35,572 bases of DNA from a virus (taxonomy: Duplodnaviria > Heunggongvirae > Uroviricota > Caudoviricetes). The notes under the pieces were generated by a model. That model had not been told where the DNA came from. It searched no databases and worked only from the letters and a program-made list of their open reading frames with translations. Where the stretch lies: positions 1 to 35,572 of the IMG/VR virus record IMGVR_UViG_3300035698_019136; one strand, 5' to 3'. Both the position numbers and the translations under genes were made by a program. Of the stretch, positions 24,069 through 32,758 are shown in pieces (position 1 is the stretch's first letter; every line of letters begins with the position of its first letter).

Positions 24069-26576
24069 ATGAAAAATAATATGTTGTTTCCAGTTGAATA
24101 TGATTGCATCTCTTGTGGTTTAGACAAGACTTGCAAGACTCCTAGATTGAAAGGATTTGGTAATTTCAGACTAGGAGTAATGCTGATTGGAGAAGCTCCG
24201 GGGAAGTCTGAGGATGAAAAAGGAATACCATTTGTAGGGAAGTCTGGGGATCTTCTTTCTGATATAGTAGAAGGGTTGGGGTGGGATTTTGATAAAGATT
24301 TCCATAGAACAAATGTTATTCAATGTAGACCTCCTAACAATGATTTAGGAACAGATAAGCAGAAACTGATGAAGATAAAATGTTGTTCTTCTAAATGGGA
24401 AGGAGAAGTAAGTATCCTCCGGCCAAAGTTAATTATTCTTTTAGGGGCTACAGCTTTACTAGCAGTTTTGAGAAAGAAAGGGCTTGCTCAACATAGAGGA
24501 TTTATGATACCTAGCAAAGAACTTAATGCTATTGTATGCCCCACCTACCACCCAGCTCATATTCTCCAGGGAAATGAAGATTTGATGGGGGTATTATTAG
24601 ATGACATTGATAAGTTTCTTACTGAAGGATTACAGAAAGCCAAGAGAATAGGGGAGTTCTTAGATTGGAAGGAAGATGTCAATAATTATAATGTAACCAA
24701 TTATAAGGATGTTTTGGATTTATTATATTCGTTTTTGATAGGGATTGAAGTAGGAAATGAGATAGTAGATATAGATTTTGAGACTAATGGTATTTCTCCT
24801 TATTCAATAGAGAATCCTAAAATACTTACTTGTTCTTTTACTGATAGTGATCTTCATTCTTACTGCATTCCAATTGATAAAGGAAACTATTGGACAGAAG
24901 AACAAAGAATTACTATACGAATGAAGATAGCAGAGGTATTGGGAACAAAACGGATAGGTAAAGTATTCCAGAATTTGCAATTTGAATCTATGTGGGCTCC
25001 TTTACTGTTGAATCCAGATAAGTATGAGTGGAAAGATATTATAGTAAATGCTAAGGCTGATACTATGATAGATGCTCATTTGTTAGATCCCAGAGGAAAG
25101 AAAGAGGATGGGAGGTATCAAAAAGGTACTACAAGCCAAGCATTTCAAGTATTTACAGAATATGGGTTTGAATATAAGGGTATGGTAGATCAATCAAAAT
25201 TGGAGTTTGAGGATGATGAGAAGGTATTTCATTATAATAATTTAGATACTAAATATGGGATGCGATTATACCAGGGAAGAGAACAAGGGATGGGGAGGTT
25301 GAAGAAGGCAAGAGAGCTTTTTACAGGTGGACAGAGCATATTTGTAGAACAACAAGTGAAGGGCATTAGAATAGATTTAGAAGAGCTTGATAGTCAGGAC
25401 AAACATTTTACTACTTTGATAGAAGAAGTTAAGGAAACAATTTATGATTCAGAAGAAGGGAAAAAGTTTGAAAAGGTTACAGGTAAGAAGATAAGAATTG
25501 GTAAGAAAGTAAGTACATTAGATATGAAGAAATTACTTTTTGAAATATTAGGAATAAAGGTATTACATAAAACAGAGAAGGGCAATGCATCTCTTACAGA
25601 AGCAACAATGGAAGATTATGAAAATTCAGCTCCAGTTTGTAAGGATATTATAAGATTGAATAAGCTAACACATCATAAATCTACATATATAGATGGAATA
25701 AAAAGAAGGTTAGTAGGGGATAGAGTTCACCCTCAAACTAATTTACATTTAGTTTCTACTTTTAGAAGTTCTCAGGATGATCCTAATCTTCAAAATCAAC
25801 CTAAAAGGGATAAAGAATTTAAAACTATTAGAAAGATATTTTTGCCAGATAAAGGGCAATGGTTAGGGGAAGTAGATTATAAAGGAATGGAAGTATGTGT
25901 AGTAGCTATGTTTAGTGAAGATCCTGTGCTTATTAAATATCTTAATACAGAATATGATATGCATACTCATTGGGGGAATATATTATTCCAGACAAAGATG
26001 TGCAATAAAGAACAAAGATATTGGGCTAAGAATGAATGGGTTTTTCCTCAATTTTATGGTGATTACTGGAAGAACATATTATATAGCATAGAAAAACATG
26101 AGGATTTTACAAAGCTGCACACAACAAAAGGAAAGTATAACAGGAGGGAGGCAGAAAGGTTTTTAAAAGAATGTGAAAGAGAATTTTGGGGGACATTTAA
26201 AGTATTTAAGAAGTGGAGGGAAGGGCAGATAAAGTTTTATGATAATAAGGGGTATGTGGAAACGCTTTGGGGGTTTAGAAGATATGCTCCATTAAGTAAG
26301 AATAGGATAATTAATACACCTATTCAGGGACATGCTTTTCATTTGTTTATGGATGCTATGCTTCAGTATGTTCCTGAAATGAAAAGAAGGGGTATGAAGT
26401 CCAGGATGATGTGGGAAATTCATGATGCTGGAGTTTTTAGTATAGAACCAGATGAAAAAGATGAATTAGTGGAATTAGTAAGTGATAAGATGTGCAATTT
26501 AGATTATGATTTTATAAATATTCCATTGAAAGTAGAATGGGAATTTAGCAAAACTAATTGGTTTGAAATAGAATGA
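24069..26576 (+). CDS. Family A DNA polymerase with N-terminal family-4 uracil-DNA glycosylase-like domain and 3'-5' exonuclease (SPO1-type architecture)
   Basis: UDG: CxxC, IGEAPGKSED, PFVG.SG, NV..CRPP, YHPAH; exo: DFET, YNNLD; pol: DYKGME, R.WAK...F...YG, IHD; start ATG 24069 after GGAGG. Confidence 0.93.
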   Translation: MKNNMLFPVEYDCISCGLDKTCKTPRLKGFGNFRLGVMLIGEAPGKSEDEKGIPFVGKSGDLLSDIVEGLGWDFDKDFHRTNVIQCRPPNNDLGTDKQKLMKIKCCSSKWEGEVSILRPKLIILLGATALLAVLRKKGLAQHRGFMIPSKELNAIVCPTYHPAHILQGNEDLMGVLLDDIDKFLTEGLQKAKRIGEFLDWKEDVNNYNVTNYKDVLDLLYSFLIGIEVGNEIVDIDFETNGISPYSIENPKILTCSFTDSDLHSYCIPIDKGNYWTEEQRITIRMKIAEVLGTKRIGKVFQNLQFESMWAPLLLNPDKYEWKDIIVNAKADTMIDAHLLDPRGKKEDGRYQKGTTSQAFQVFTEYGFEYKGMVDQSKLEFEDDEKVFHYNNLDTKYGMRLYQGREQGMGRLKKARELFTGGQSIFVEQQVKGIRIDLEELDSQDKHFTTLIEEVKETIYDSEEGKKFEKVTGKKIRIGKKVSTLDMKKLLFEILGIKVLHKTEKGNASLTEATMEDYENSAPVCKDIIRLNKLTHHKSTYIDGIKRRLVGDRVHPQTNLHLVSTFRSSQDDPNLQNQPKRDKEFKTIRKIFLPDKGQWLGEVDYKGMEVCVVAMFSEDPVLIKYLNTEYDMHTHWGNILFQTKMCNKEQRYWAKNEWVFPQFYGDYWKNILYSIEKHEDFTKLHTTKGKYNRREAERFLKECEREFWGTFKVFKKWREGQIKFYDNKGYVETLWGFRRYAPLSKNRIINTPIQGHAFHLFMDAMLQYVPEMKRRGMKSRMMWEIHDAGVFSIEPDEKDELVELVSDKMCNLDYDFINIPLKVEWEFSKTNWFEIE

Positions 26577-26618
26577 GATATCCAAATAAAATTATTATGA
26601 AATAATTAAAAAAAGTTA

Positions 26619-26664
26619 TTGCTAATTTCCTAAAATTAGTATATAATAGATATATAGGGTGGAG
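26619..26664 (+). promoter_or_regulatory. Promoter for recombination operon with TATAGGGTGG element
   Basis: TTGCTA (26619-24), 17 bp, TATAAT (26642-47). Confidence 0.75.
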
Positions 26665-26675
26665 AATAAAAGATT

Positions 26676-26981
26676 ATGTCATTTGCAATTAAATACAGAC
26701 CAACTAAATTTGAAGAAGTATATGGCAATAAAGGGGTTATAAAGAGTTTGCAGGAAGCAGTTAATGATGAGGAAAGACCTCATACTTATATGTTCCAGGG
26801 GGAAGCTGAGAAGATTAGGAGAGCATTACTAGGGTATTTTGATAAGTGTCTTTGCAATGCTAAAAGTCCAAGAGATGCTTTACGATTTGCTAGACTATTG
26901 AGGATTTTTAAATCGAATTTGTATGATTGTGGTAGAGCTGGATTAACAATGATGCTTTATGATGCATGTAATTTAGAATAG
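26676..26981 (+). CDS. DnaX/clamp-loader-like gene with in-frame deletion of the AAA+ core (101 aa)
   Basis: KYRPTKFEEVYGN...RPHTYMFQG (DnaX N-terminus up to the P-loop) joined directly to EAEKIRRALLGY...F..N.YD.G..GL (C-terminal-like segment). Confidence 0.7.
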   Translation: MSFAIKYRPTKFEEVYGNKGVIKSLQEAVNDEERPHTYMFQGEAEKIRRALLGYFDKCLCNAKSPRDALRFARLLRIFKSNLYDCGRAGLTMMLYDACNLE

Positions 26982-26991
26982 GAGGTAAATA

Positions 26992-27420
26992 ATGGAAAGT
27001 CTAGAGATTGATAAATATGAGTTAGATGAAGAAATTGTAAGACAAGTTCAGCTCATGGATGAGTATGGACAATTATGTGCTAAAGTTTATGGTAAAAAGA
27101 ATGAAGCTAGGAATGAGTTGGATAAAACTAAAGCTAAATTGGATTTTGATATAAGGAATGATCCTGGTAGTTTTGGTTTGGCTAAAGTTACAGAATCAGC
27201 TATTAGTAATACCATTATTTTAGATGGGAGTTATCAAGAAGTTCATGCTGAGTATTTGAAAGCCTGTAAAGATGAGCAACTGGCTCAGAATGATAGGGCT
27301 ATTTGTGATTTTCGGAGGACAGGAATAAAATTATTGGGTGAGCTTTGGATAGCAGGATATTATAGTGATCCAGAAATTAAAGAGAGTTCAATAAAAAGAA
27401 ACATAAGAAAAAAAGACTAA
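26992..27420 (+). CDS. UvsY-like recombination mediator (putative)
   Basis: Coiled-coil protein, EID...LDEE...TESAI...D..Y...; adjacent to gp32-like and RecA-like genes. Confidence 0.6.
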   Translation: MESLEIDKYELDEEIVRQVQLMDEYGQLCAKVYGKKNEARNELDKTKAKLDFDIRNDPGSFGLAKVTESAISNTIILDGSYQEVHAEYLKACKDEQLAQNDRAICDFRRTGIKLLGELWIAGYYSDPEIKESSIKRNIRKKD

Positions 27421-27439
27421 CAAAGAGGAGGAACGAAAA

Positions 27440-28375
27440 ATGAGTAGAGGAAAAGCAATGGAACGAGAGTATGCAAAGAAAGATAAAAAACCTTATCAAG
27501 GAGATTGGAGACCACTGTTTAATGACATGTTTTCAGAATGGAAGTGTCCAGAAGATGATGTTTCAATTAGGATACTCCCTCCAAAAGATTCTAACCCTGA
27601 AATTTATTGGGGGATGGAGATTTGGGTTCATAGAAATGTAGGAGTGGGGCAAGACCCATTTCTTTGCCCGATGAAGATGAAAGAGGTTTTAACAAAATTG
27701 TTGAAAAGGGATAAGAAAGATCTTCCAGAAGAAATAGCATTGGGGAAGTGCCCTATATGCGAGGAACAGGCTTTGTTATTGAAGCAGTTAGAGAAAGGGG
27801 AGAAATGGGGGGATGATATAAAAGATTTGTTCCCAAAAGCCAGGATGGTATATCTTATTGTAGATACTAAAGAGGATGAAACGATAACAAAGGGAGTTCA
27901 GATTTATGATGCCCCTTATACGAAAGTAGACAAGGAAGGCATTATCCCTATGTGTAAGATCAAAAGGGGGGATAGGGCTGGTGAATGGTTAGATATTTCT
28001 AGTCCAGAAGAAAATCAGGATGTTCTTTTTACTCGCACAGGGAAGGATGTGGAAGATACTCGTTATGGTGGATTTCAATTGGAAAAGTCAAATCTTACTA
28101 AAGAGGAAGTGGAAACTGTAATGGAAGATGTTCCAGAACGATTTGAGGACATTCTGAATTTTGCTTCCTATGAAGAAATAGCAGAAGCATTTAATGGAAC
28201 TTCAGATAGTTCTAAAAAGGAAGAAAAAGAGGAAAAAAAGGAAGAAAGGAAATCAAGAGTGAGTCGAAAAGATACTCAAAAGAAAGAAGAGTCAGATGCT
28301 GATGGCGATGATAATGGGGACAAAAAAGCTGAATTGAAAGCAAAACTTAGAAATAGACTTAAAAATAGAGGATAA
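27440..28375 (+). CDS. T4 gp32-like single-stranded DNA-binding protein
   Basis: IRILPP...VH...CP...CPICE...Y..ID...G..D....G...T.Y, charged C-terminal tail. Confidence 0.75.
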   Translation: MSRGKAMEREYAKKDKKPYQGDWRPLFNDMFSEWKCPEDDVSIRILPPKDSNPEIYWGMEIWVHRNVGVGQDPFLCPMKMKEVLTKLLKRDKKDLPEEIALGKCPICEEQALLLKQLEKGEKWGDDIKDLFPKARMVYLIVDTKEDETITKGVQIYDAPYTKVDKEGIIPMCKIKRGDRAGEWLDISSPEENQDVLFTRTGKDVEDTRYGGFQLEKSNLTKEEVETVMEDVPERFEDILNFASYEEIAEAFNGTSDSSKKEEKEEKKEERKSRVSRKDTQKKEESDADGDDNGDKKAELKAKLRNRLKNRG

Positions 28376-28380
28376 GAATT

Positions 28381-29355
28381 ATGGTTGTAAGAAGGAAGGA
28401 AAAGTCAAAAGATGCCCCCCAGTTTGTTAGTTCTGGATCTACGTTATTAAATCTAGCTTTATCTGGTGAAGCAGATGGGGGATGGAGAGTGGGGAGGATA
28501 GGAAATATCGTTGGGGATAAATCCACTGGAAAAACTCTTTTGGCTATCGAGGCTATCTCATATACATTGAAGGTTTTGGGGAAGACTAAAAAGGTGAAAG
28601 TATTTTATGATGAAACAGAAGCAGCATTTGATAAACCTTATGCTAAAAAGTTAGGAATGCCTATAGGGGAGGTGGAATTTAAGGAGTCCAGAACTGTGGA
28701 AGATTGGTATCTCACACTTGAAAAAGAATTAGATAAAAAAGACCATGATCTGATGGTGTATGTTCTTGATAGCCTCGATGCTCTTTCTTCTAAAAGAGAA
28801 GCAGAAGCAGAGTTTGATAAAGCTGATTTTGATGGGAAACCAAAAAAGATGGGGGAACTGTTTCGAAGATTGACGAAAAAGGTAGAGGAAAAACAAGCTT
28901 TGATTTTAATTATTAGTCAGATACGAGACAATATAGGGGTAAAGTTTGGGAAGAAAACCAAAAGAGCTGGTGGCAGAGCTATGGATTTTTATGCTAGCCA
29001 AGTATTATGGTTATCAGAGATAAAAAAAATTCCAATAGCTGATAGGATAGTAGGGGTAAGAATTAAAGGGCATGTAGATAAGAACAAAACTTGGAAGCCT
29101 TTTAGAGAAGCGGAATTTCCTATTTTATTTGAGCATGGAGTGGATGATATTGGGAGTATGACTGATTTTTTGATTGGGCAGAAGGTAATAGAGAAAGATG
29201 GTCATAGATTTGTTTGGGAGGATAAGAAATATTATAGGGAGGAACTGATCCAGGAGCTACAGAATATCATACCAGAGGTAGTTAAGCTGACAGTGAAGAT
29301 ATGGGATGAACTAGAAGAGAAGTGTAAAGTAAATAGAAAACCTAAATATGAATAA
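28381..29355 (+). CDS. recA: RecA/UvsX-like recombinase
   Basis: SSGS..LNLALSG, GDKSTGKT, DSLDAL, ISQIRDNIG, GGRAMDFYAS. Confidence 0.92.
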   Translation: MVVRRKEKSKDAPQFVSSGSTLLNLALSGEADGGWRVGRIGNIVGDKSTGKTLLAIEAISYTLKVLGKTKKVKVFYDETEAAFDKPYAKKLGMPIGEVEFKESRTVEDWYLTLEKELDKKDHDLMVYVLDSLDALSSKREAEAEFDKADFDGKPKKMGELFRRLTKKVEEKQALILIISQIRDNIGVKFGKKTKRAGGRAMDFYASQVLWLSEIKKIPIADRIVGVRIKGHVDKNKTWKPFREAEFPILFEHGVDDIGSMTDFLIGQKVIEKDGHRFVWEDKKYYREELIQELQNIIPEVVKLTVKIWDELEEKCKVNRKPKYE

Positions 29356-29485
29356 AGATTTAAAAAATTATATACTCCAAAAAGTAATAGAAGCTTGGGA
29401 AGAAAGCGATAAGATAAGGAAAGCTATATTAGAAGGAAAGAAAATTAAAATAGTATTTTTAGAGGAGGAAGTAAGTGGTAAGTAA
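29348..29485 (+). CDS. Small hypothetical protein (45 aa)
   Basis: Overlaps both neighbours; MNKDLKNYILQKVIEAWEESDK...EVSGK*. Confidence 0.5.
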   Translation: MNKDLKNYILQKVIEAWEESDKIRKAILEGKKIKIVFLEEEVSGK

Positions 29486-31241
29486 TTGTGAAGAATGTGA
29501 AGTAGGATTAGGGGGAACGAGAGAAGAGATATTTAAACTTCGATATGCTATTTCTCCTACAGAAACATGGGAAGAAGCTAGTGTTAGAGTAGCGACATCA
29601 ATAGGTTCAGCAGAGTTAGAAAATAAGAGAAAAGAGTGGACAGATAGATTTTCCGAGATAATGAAGAATTTCTACTTCGTTCCTGGGGGAAGAATTATAA
29701 GGAATGCTGGGCGTAAAAAAGGAATGATGATTAATTGTTTTGCATTGGGAGTTGATGATAACATTCAAAGTTTAGGGGAATTGATTAAGAATGTAATGAT
29801 AGTGTCTTCATCAGGAGGGGGGATAGGAACAAATTGGAGTAATATTAGACCAGAAGGAGATTCTATTGATGAATCTGGTAAAGGGGGTACAGCATCAGGC
29901 CCAACTAGTTTTATGACAGCTATGGATGGTGTGGGGAAAATTTTGAAAATTGGAGGGCAAAGAAGGATAGCTCTTATAGGGACTTTGAGGCATAATCACC
30001 CTGAAATTTTTAAATTTATTAAAGCTAAAATAGAAGAAGGAGCTTTAGAACATTATAATATTTCAGTGGGATTGACGAATGATTTCATAAAAGCGATTAG
30101 GAAGAATAAGGATTTTGATTTAACATTTGGGAATAAAATATATAAGACTATCAAGGCTAGGGAGTTGTGGGACACTCTTATAAATAATGCTTGGAAATGT
30201 GGTGATCCAGGCTTATTAAATTTTGATAATGCTATTAATTTAAACCCTACTTATTATTGTGAAAGATTAGAGGCTCCTAATCCCTGTGCAGAACTTTGGT
30301 TGGTTAGATTTGGGGGATGTGACTTAGGTTCAATTAATCTTGATAAAATGTATAATCCTGTGACTAATAGTGTTAATTGGAGTAGATTACGAGAAACAAT
30401 AAATATTGCTGTTCGGTTTTTAGACAATGTAATTGAGGCTACTTTTTATCCACTTAAAGAAATTGAATTAGTTTCTACTTCTACTAGAAGAATAGGATTG
30501 GGGATAATGGGACTTCATTATCTTCTGTTGAAGATGGGCATAAAGAATTATGGGAGTGATGAGAGCCTTGAATTTATAGATGAACTATTTAATAAATTTA
30601 GAGATTATGCATATCTTGCTAGTATAGAATTAGCTAAAGAGAAAGGGGTGTTTGAAAAGTTTGAAATGACTCCTCATCTTGAAGGGGTTTTTGTTAAGTC
30701 TTTGCCTAGAAGAGTATTATCAAAATTAAAAAAGTATGGGATTAGAAATGGGGCTATATTGTCTATGCCCCCAACAGGGACAACATCATTAGTGGCTGGA
30801 GTATCTTCTGGGATAGAGCCGATTTTTTCTCCAGTATATAAAAGGAGAGTGAATATAGAAGGAAAGGATGGGAAATTAGAAAAGAAGGAATTTTTAGAGG
30901 TGGACAAGTTATTCAGAGAATTTACAGAACAGGACAAGGATACAAGTCATTTTATAGGGGCTTACCAAATAAGTCCTTGGGAACATATGGAAGTTCAGAG
31001 TACTTGCCAGAAATATGTTGATAATAGTATTTCCAAGACAATAAATATGAAAAAGAATTTCCCAAAAGAAGAATTAAGTGAATTGTTATTAGAACATTTG
31101 CCTCATATTAAAGGGACAACGATATATAGGGAAGGAAGCAAAGGGGAAGAAGTTCTTGTCCCTGTAGACCATACAAAGATGAGCAGAGAAAAGATTCTAG
31201 CAATAGGAGGAAAGTCTTGTGAACTTAAATCAAAAGGGTGA
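29475..31241 (+). CDS. nrdJ: Class II (adenosylcobalamin-dependent) ribonucleotide reductase
   Basis: PGGRI, NCF, GGG.G.N.S..RP.G, GG.RR.A, NISV, GDPGL, NPCAE, CDLGSINL, RRIGLG.MG, PPTGT, SISKTIN; no nrdB or ATP cone. Confidence 0.88.
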   Translation: MVSNCEECEVGLGGTREEIFKLRYAISPTETWEEASVRVATSIGSAELENKRKEWTDRFSEIMKNFYFVPGGRIIRNAGRKKGMMINCFALGVDDNIQSLGELIKNVMIVSSSGGGIGTNWSNIRPEGDSIDESGKGGTASGPTSFMTAMDGVGKILKIGGQRRIALIGTLRHNHPEIFKFIKAKIEEGALEHYNISVGLTNDFIKAIRKNKDFDLTFGNKIYKTIKARELWDTLINNAWKCGDPGLLNFDNAINLNPTYYCERLEAPNPCAELWLVRFGGCDLGSINLDKMYNPVTNSVNWSRLRETINIAVRFLDNVIEATFYPLKEIELVSTSTRRIGLGIMGLHYLLLKMGIKNYGSDESLEFIDELFNKFRDYAYLASIELAKEKGVFEKFEMTPHLEGVFVKSLPRRVLSKLKKYGIRNGAILSMPPTGTTSLVAGVSSGIEPIFSPVYKRRVNIEGKDGKLEKKEFLEVDKLFREFTEQDKDTSHFIGAYQISPWEHMEVQSTCQKYVDNSISKTINMKKNFPKEELSELLLEHLPHIKGTTIYREGSKGEEVLVPVDHTKMSREKILAIGGKSCELKSKG

Positions 31242-31249
31242 AAAGTGAA

Positions 31250-31777
31250 ATGAAAACTAATCCAAAAAGTTTGGGGAATCAGTGGGAGAGAGAGTTCAGC
31301 AGACTTCTATCCCTTTGGTATAGCAATGGGAAAGACAAGGATATATTCTGGCATACTCACGGCTCTGGGGCTAGGAAAGGAATAGTGGAGCAAGCAGGGG
31401 ATATAATGGCTGTAAAGGAAGAAGGTCATAAGCTGATGAACGGGCTGCTTATAGAGTGCAAGAGAACAAAAGAAAGAGATTTGTTTCTTGATTATATAAG
31501 ATGTTCAGAGGTGAAGTCTAAACTTGTGGATTGGTGGGATAAGGTAGATGATGAAGCAAGAATGTTGGAGAAAGATCCATTATTAGTTATTTGGATTGTA
31601 GGTAAGGGATATATATGTGTATATGGGGGGGAATATTTGTTAGAAAAAAATACAGGGGATTATGATGAAGATAGAGAACCAGATGGATTTAATGATGGTT
31701 GTGGTGCTGAAATATGCACTTGGAAACAGTTTAAAATAAGATTTGGTTATTTAAGATTGGAGGAAAAAAATGACTAG
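31250..31777 (+). CDS. Hjc-like PD-(D/E)xK Holliday junction resolvase
   Basis: G..WERE...W...SGAR...GDI...IECK; start probably ATG 31250 (RBS AAGGGTG), GTG 31238 possible. Confidence 0.75.
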   Translation: MKTNPKSLGNQWEREFSRLLSLWYSNGKDKDIFWHTHGSGARKGIVEQAGDIMAVKEEGHKLMNGLLIECKRTKERDLFLDYIRCSEVKSKLVDWWDKVDDEARMLEKDPLLVIWIVGKGYICVYGGEYLLEKNTGDYDEDREPDGFNDGCGAEICTWKQFKIRFGYLRLEEKND

Positions 31778-32189
31778 AGATTTAAATTGGATAAAAAGAC
31801 AAGATTGGTATACTCCAGGCTCGGACAAGACTGTAATTGTAGACTTTGATGGTACAATTTGTGAATTTGCATATCCAAAAGAGGGGAAGCTAATTGCAGA
31901 TACAATAAAAGCACTAGAGATGCTGAAGAAAGCAGGGATCTCTATTTATATTCATTCATCTAGGACAAGTCACAAGTTTGATGAAGAAGCAAGAGATGAG
32001 AATTTTTTTAGGATGGTTGATTATTTATTGACATATGGAGTTCCTTATGATGAAATTCTTACCCATGAAAAACCCCCAGTGCTTGCTTATATAGACGATA
32101 GTGCTCATAGATTGATAGGGAATAGTAAGGGGAGCAATTGGATAGAGATAGCAAATAAGTGTATATCTGAGTTGGAGAATGGAAGATGA
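31770..32189 (+). CDS. HAD-superfamily phosphatase
   Basis: VDFDGTI, HSSR, KP, YIDD motifs. Confidence 0.8.
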   Translation: MTRDLNWIKRQDWYTPGSDKTVIVDFDGTICEFAYPKEGKLIADTIKALEMLKKAGISIYIHSSRTSHKFDEEARDENFFRMVDYLLTYGVPYDEILTHEKPPVLAYIDDSAHRLIGNSKGSNWIEIANKCISELENGR

Positions 32190-32374
32190 AAGTATATAAT
32201 AGAATTTGTGTTAAAGAACATAAGATTGAAGCTAAAGATGGCAATAGTTTTACTCTTGAAAAGGGGGAAGAATATTTGACAGACAAAGAAGAGAATGGTG
32301 AAGTTACAGTATTTTCAAAATATTGGGTTAAAGTTCCTGTTAATTGTTTTACAGGGAAGGAGGAAGTGAAATGA
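32186..32374 (+). CDS. Small conserved phage hypothetical protein
   Basis: ATGA overlap; GEEYLT...VTVFSKYWV.VP..CF. Confidence 0.65.
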   Translation: MKVYNRICVKEHKIEAKDGNSFTLEKGEEYLTDKEENGEVTVFSKYWVKVPVNCFTGKEEVK

Positions 32375-32742
32375 GAGAACTATCAGTGGTATTGTTTTTA
32401 ATATTGGTATCTTGTTTTGCTATTATTGGTGGGTTGCAAGTAACATTGAAACTTTACGATCACATTCATCCTATACAAGAACAAGGAATCCCCATAGAGG
32501 AAGTAGAGTTTTATCATAAGTATCATGGAATAGGAATGAGAGTAGATGGCACTTGTATGAGTTCATGGCAAGATGGAACAGGTTGGTGGTTTACAAATGA
32601 GATAGGAAAGAAATGTGAAGTAAAAACAGAAGTAGCAATAAAGGCGTATGAGTGGCATAAAAAGACTAAAGATTTTGAATGGAATTTAAGAATTGAACAA
32701 AATGAAAGTAGCAAGTCTAGGGTGCTTCAATCTATTCATTAA
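32371..32742 (+). CDS. Membrane-anchored hypothetical protein
   Basis: ATG 32371 after GGAGG; N-terminal hydrophobic helix. Confidence 0.65.
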   Translation: MRELSVVLFLILVSCFAIIGGLQVTLKLYDHIHPIQEQGIPIEEVEFYHKYHGIGMRVDGTCMSSWQDGTGWWFTNEIGKKCEVKTEVAIKAYEWHKKTKDFEWNLRIEQNESSKSRVLQSIH

Positions 32743-32758
32743 ATAGAGAGGGCAGCAT

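Noticed and set aside
24069-31241. Introns or inteins in polymerase, RecA or RNR
   Set aside because: Frames are continuous with expected lengths and motif spacing; no intein C-terminal HN-C/S/T or homing-endonuclease insert seen
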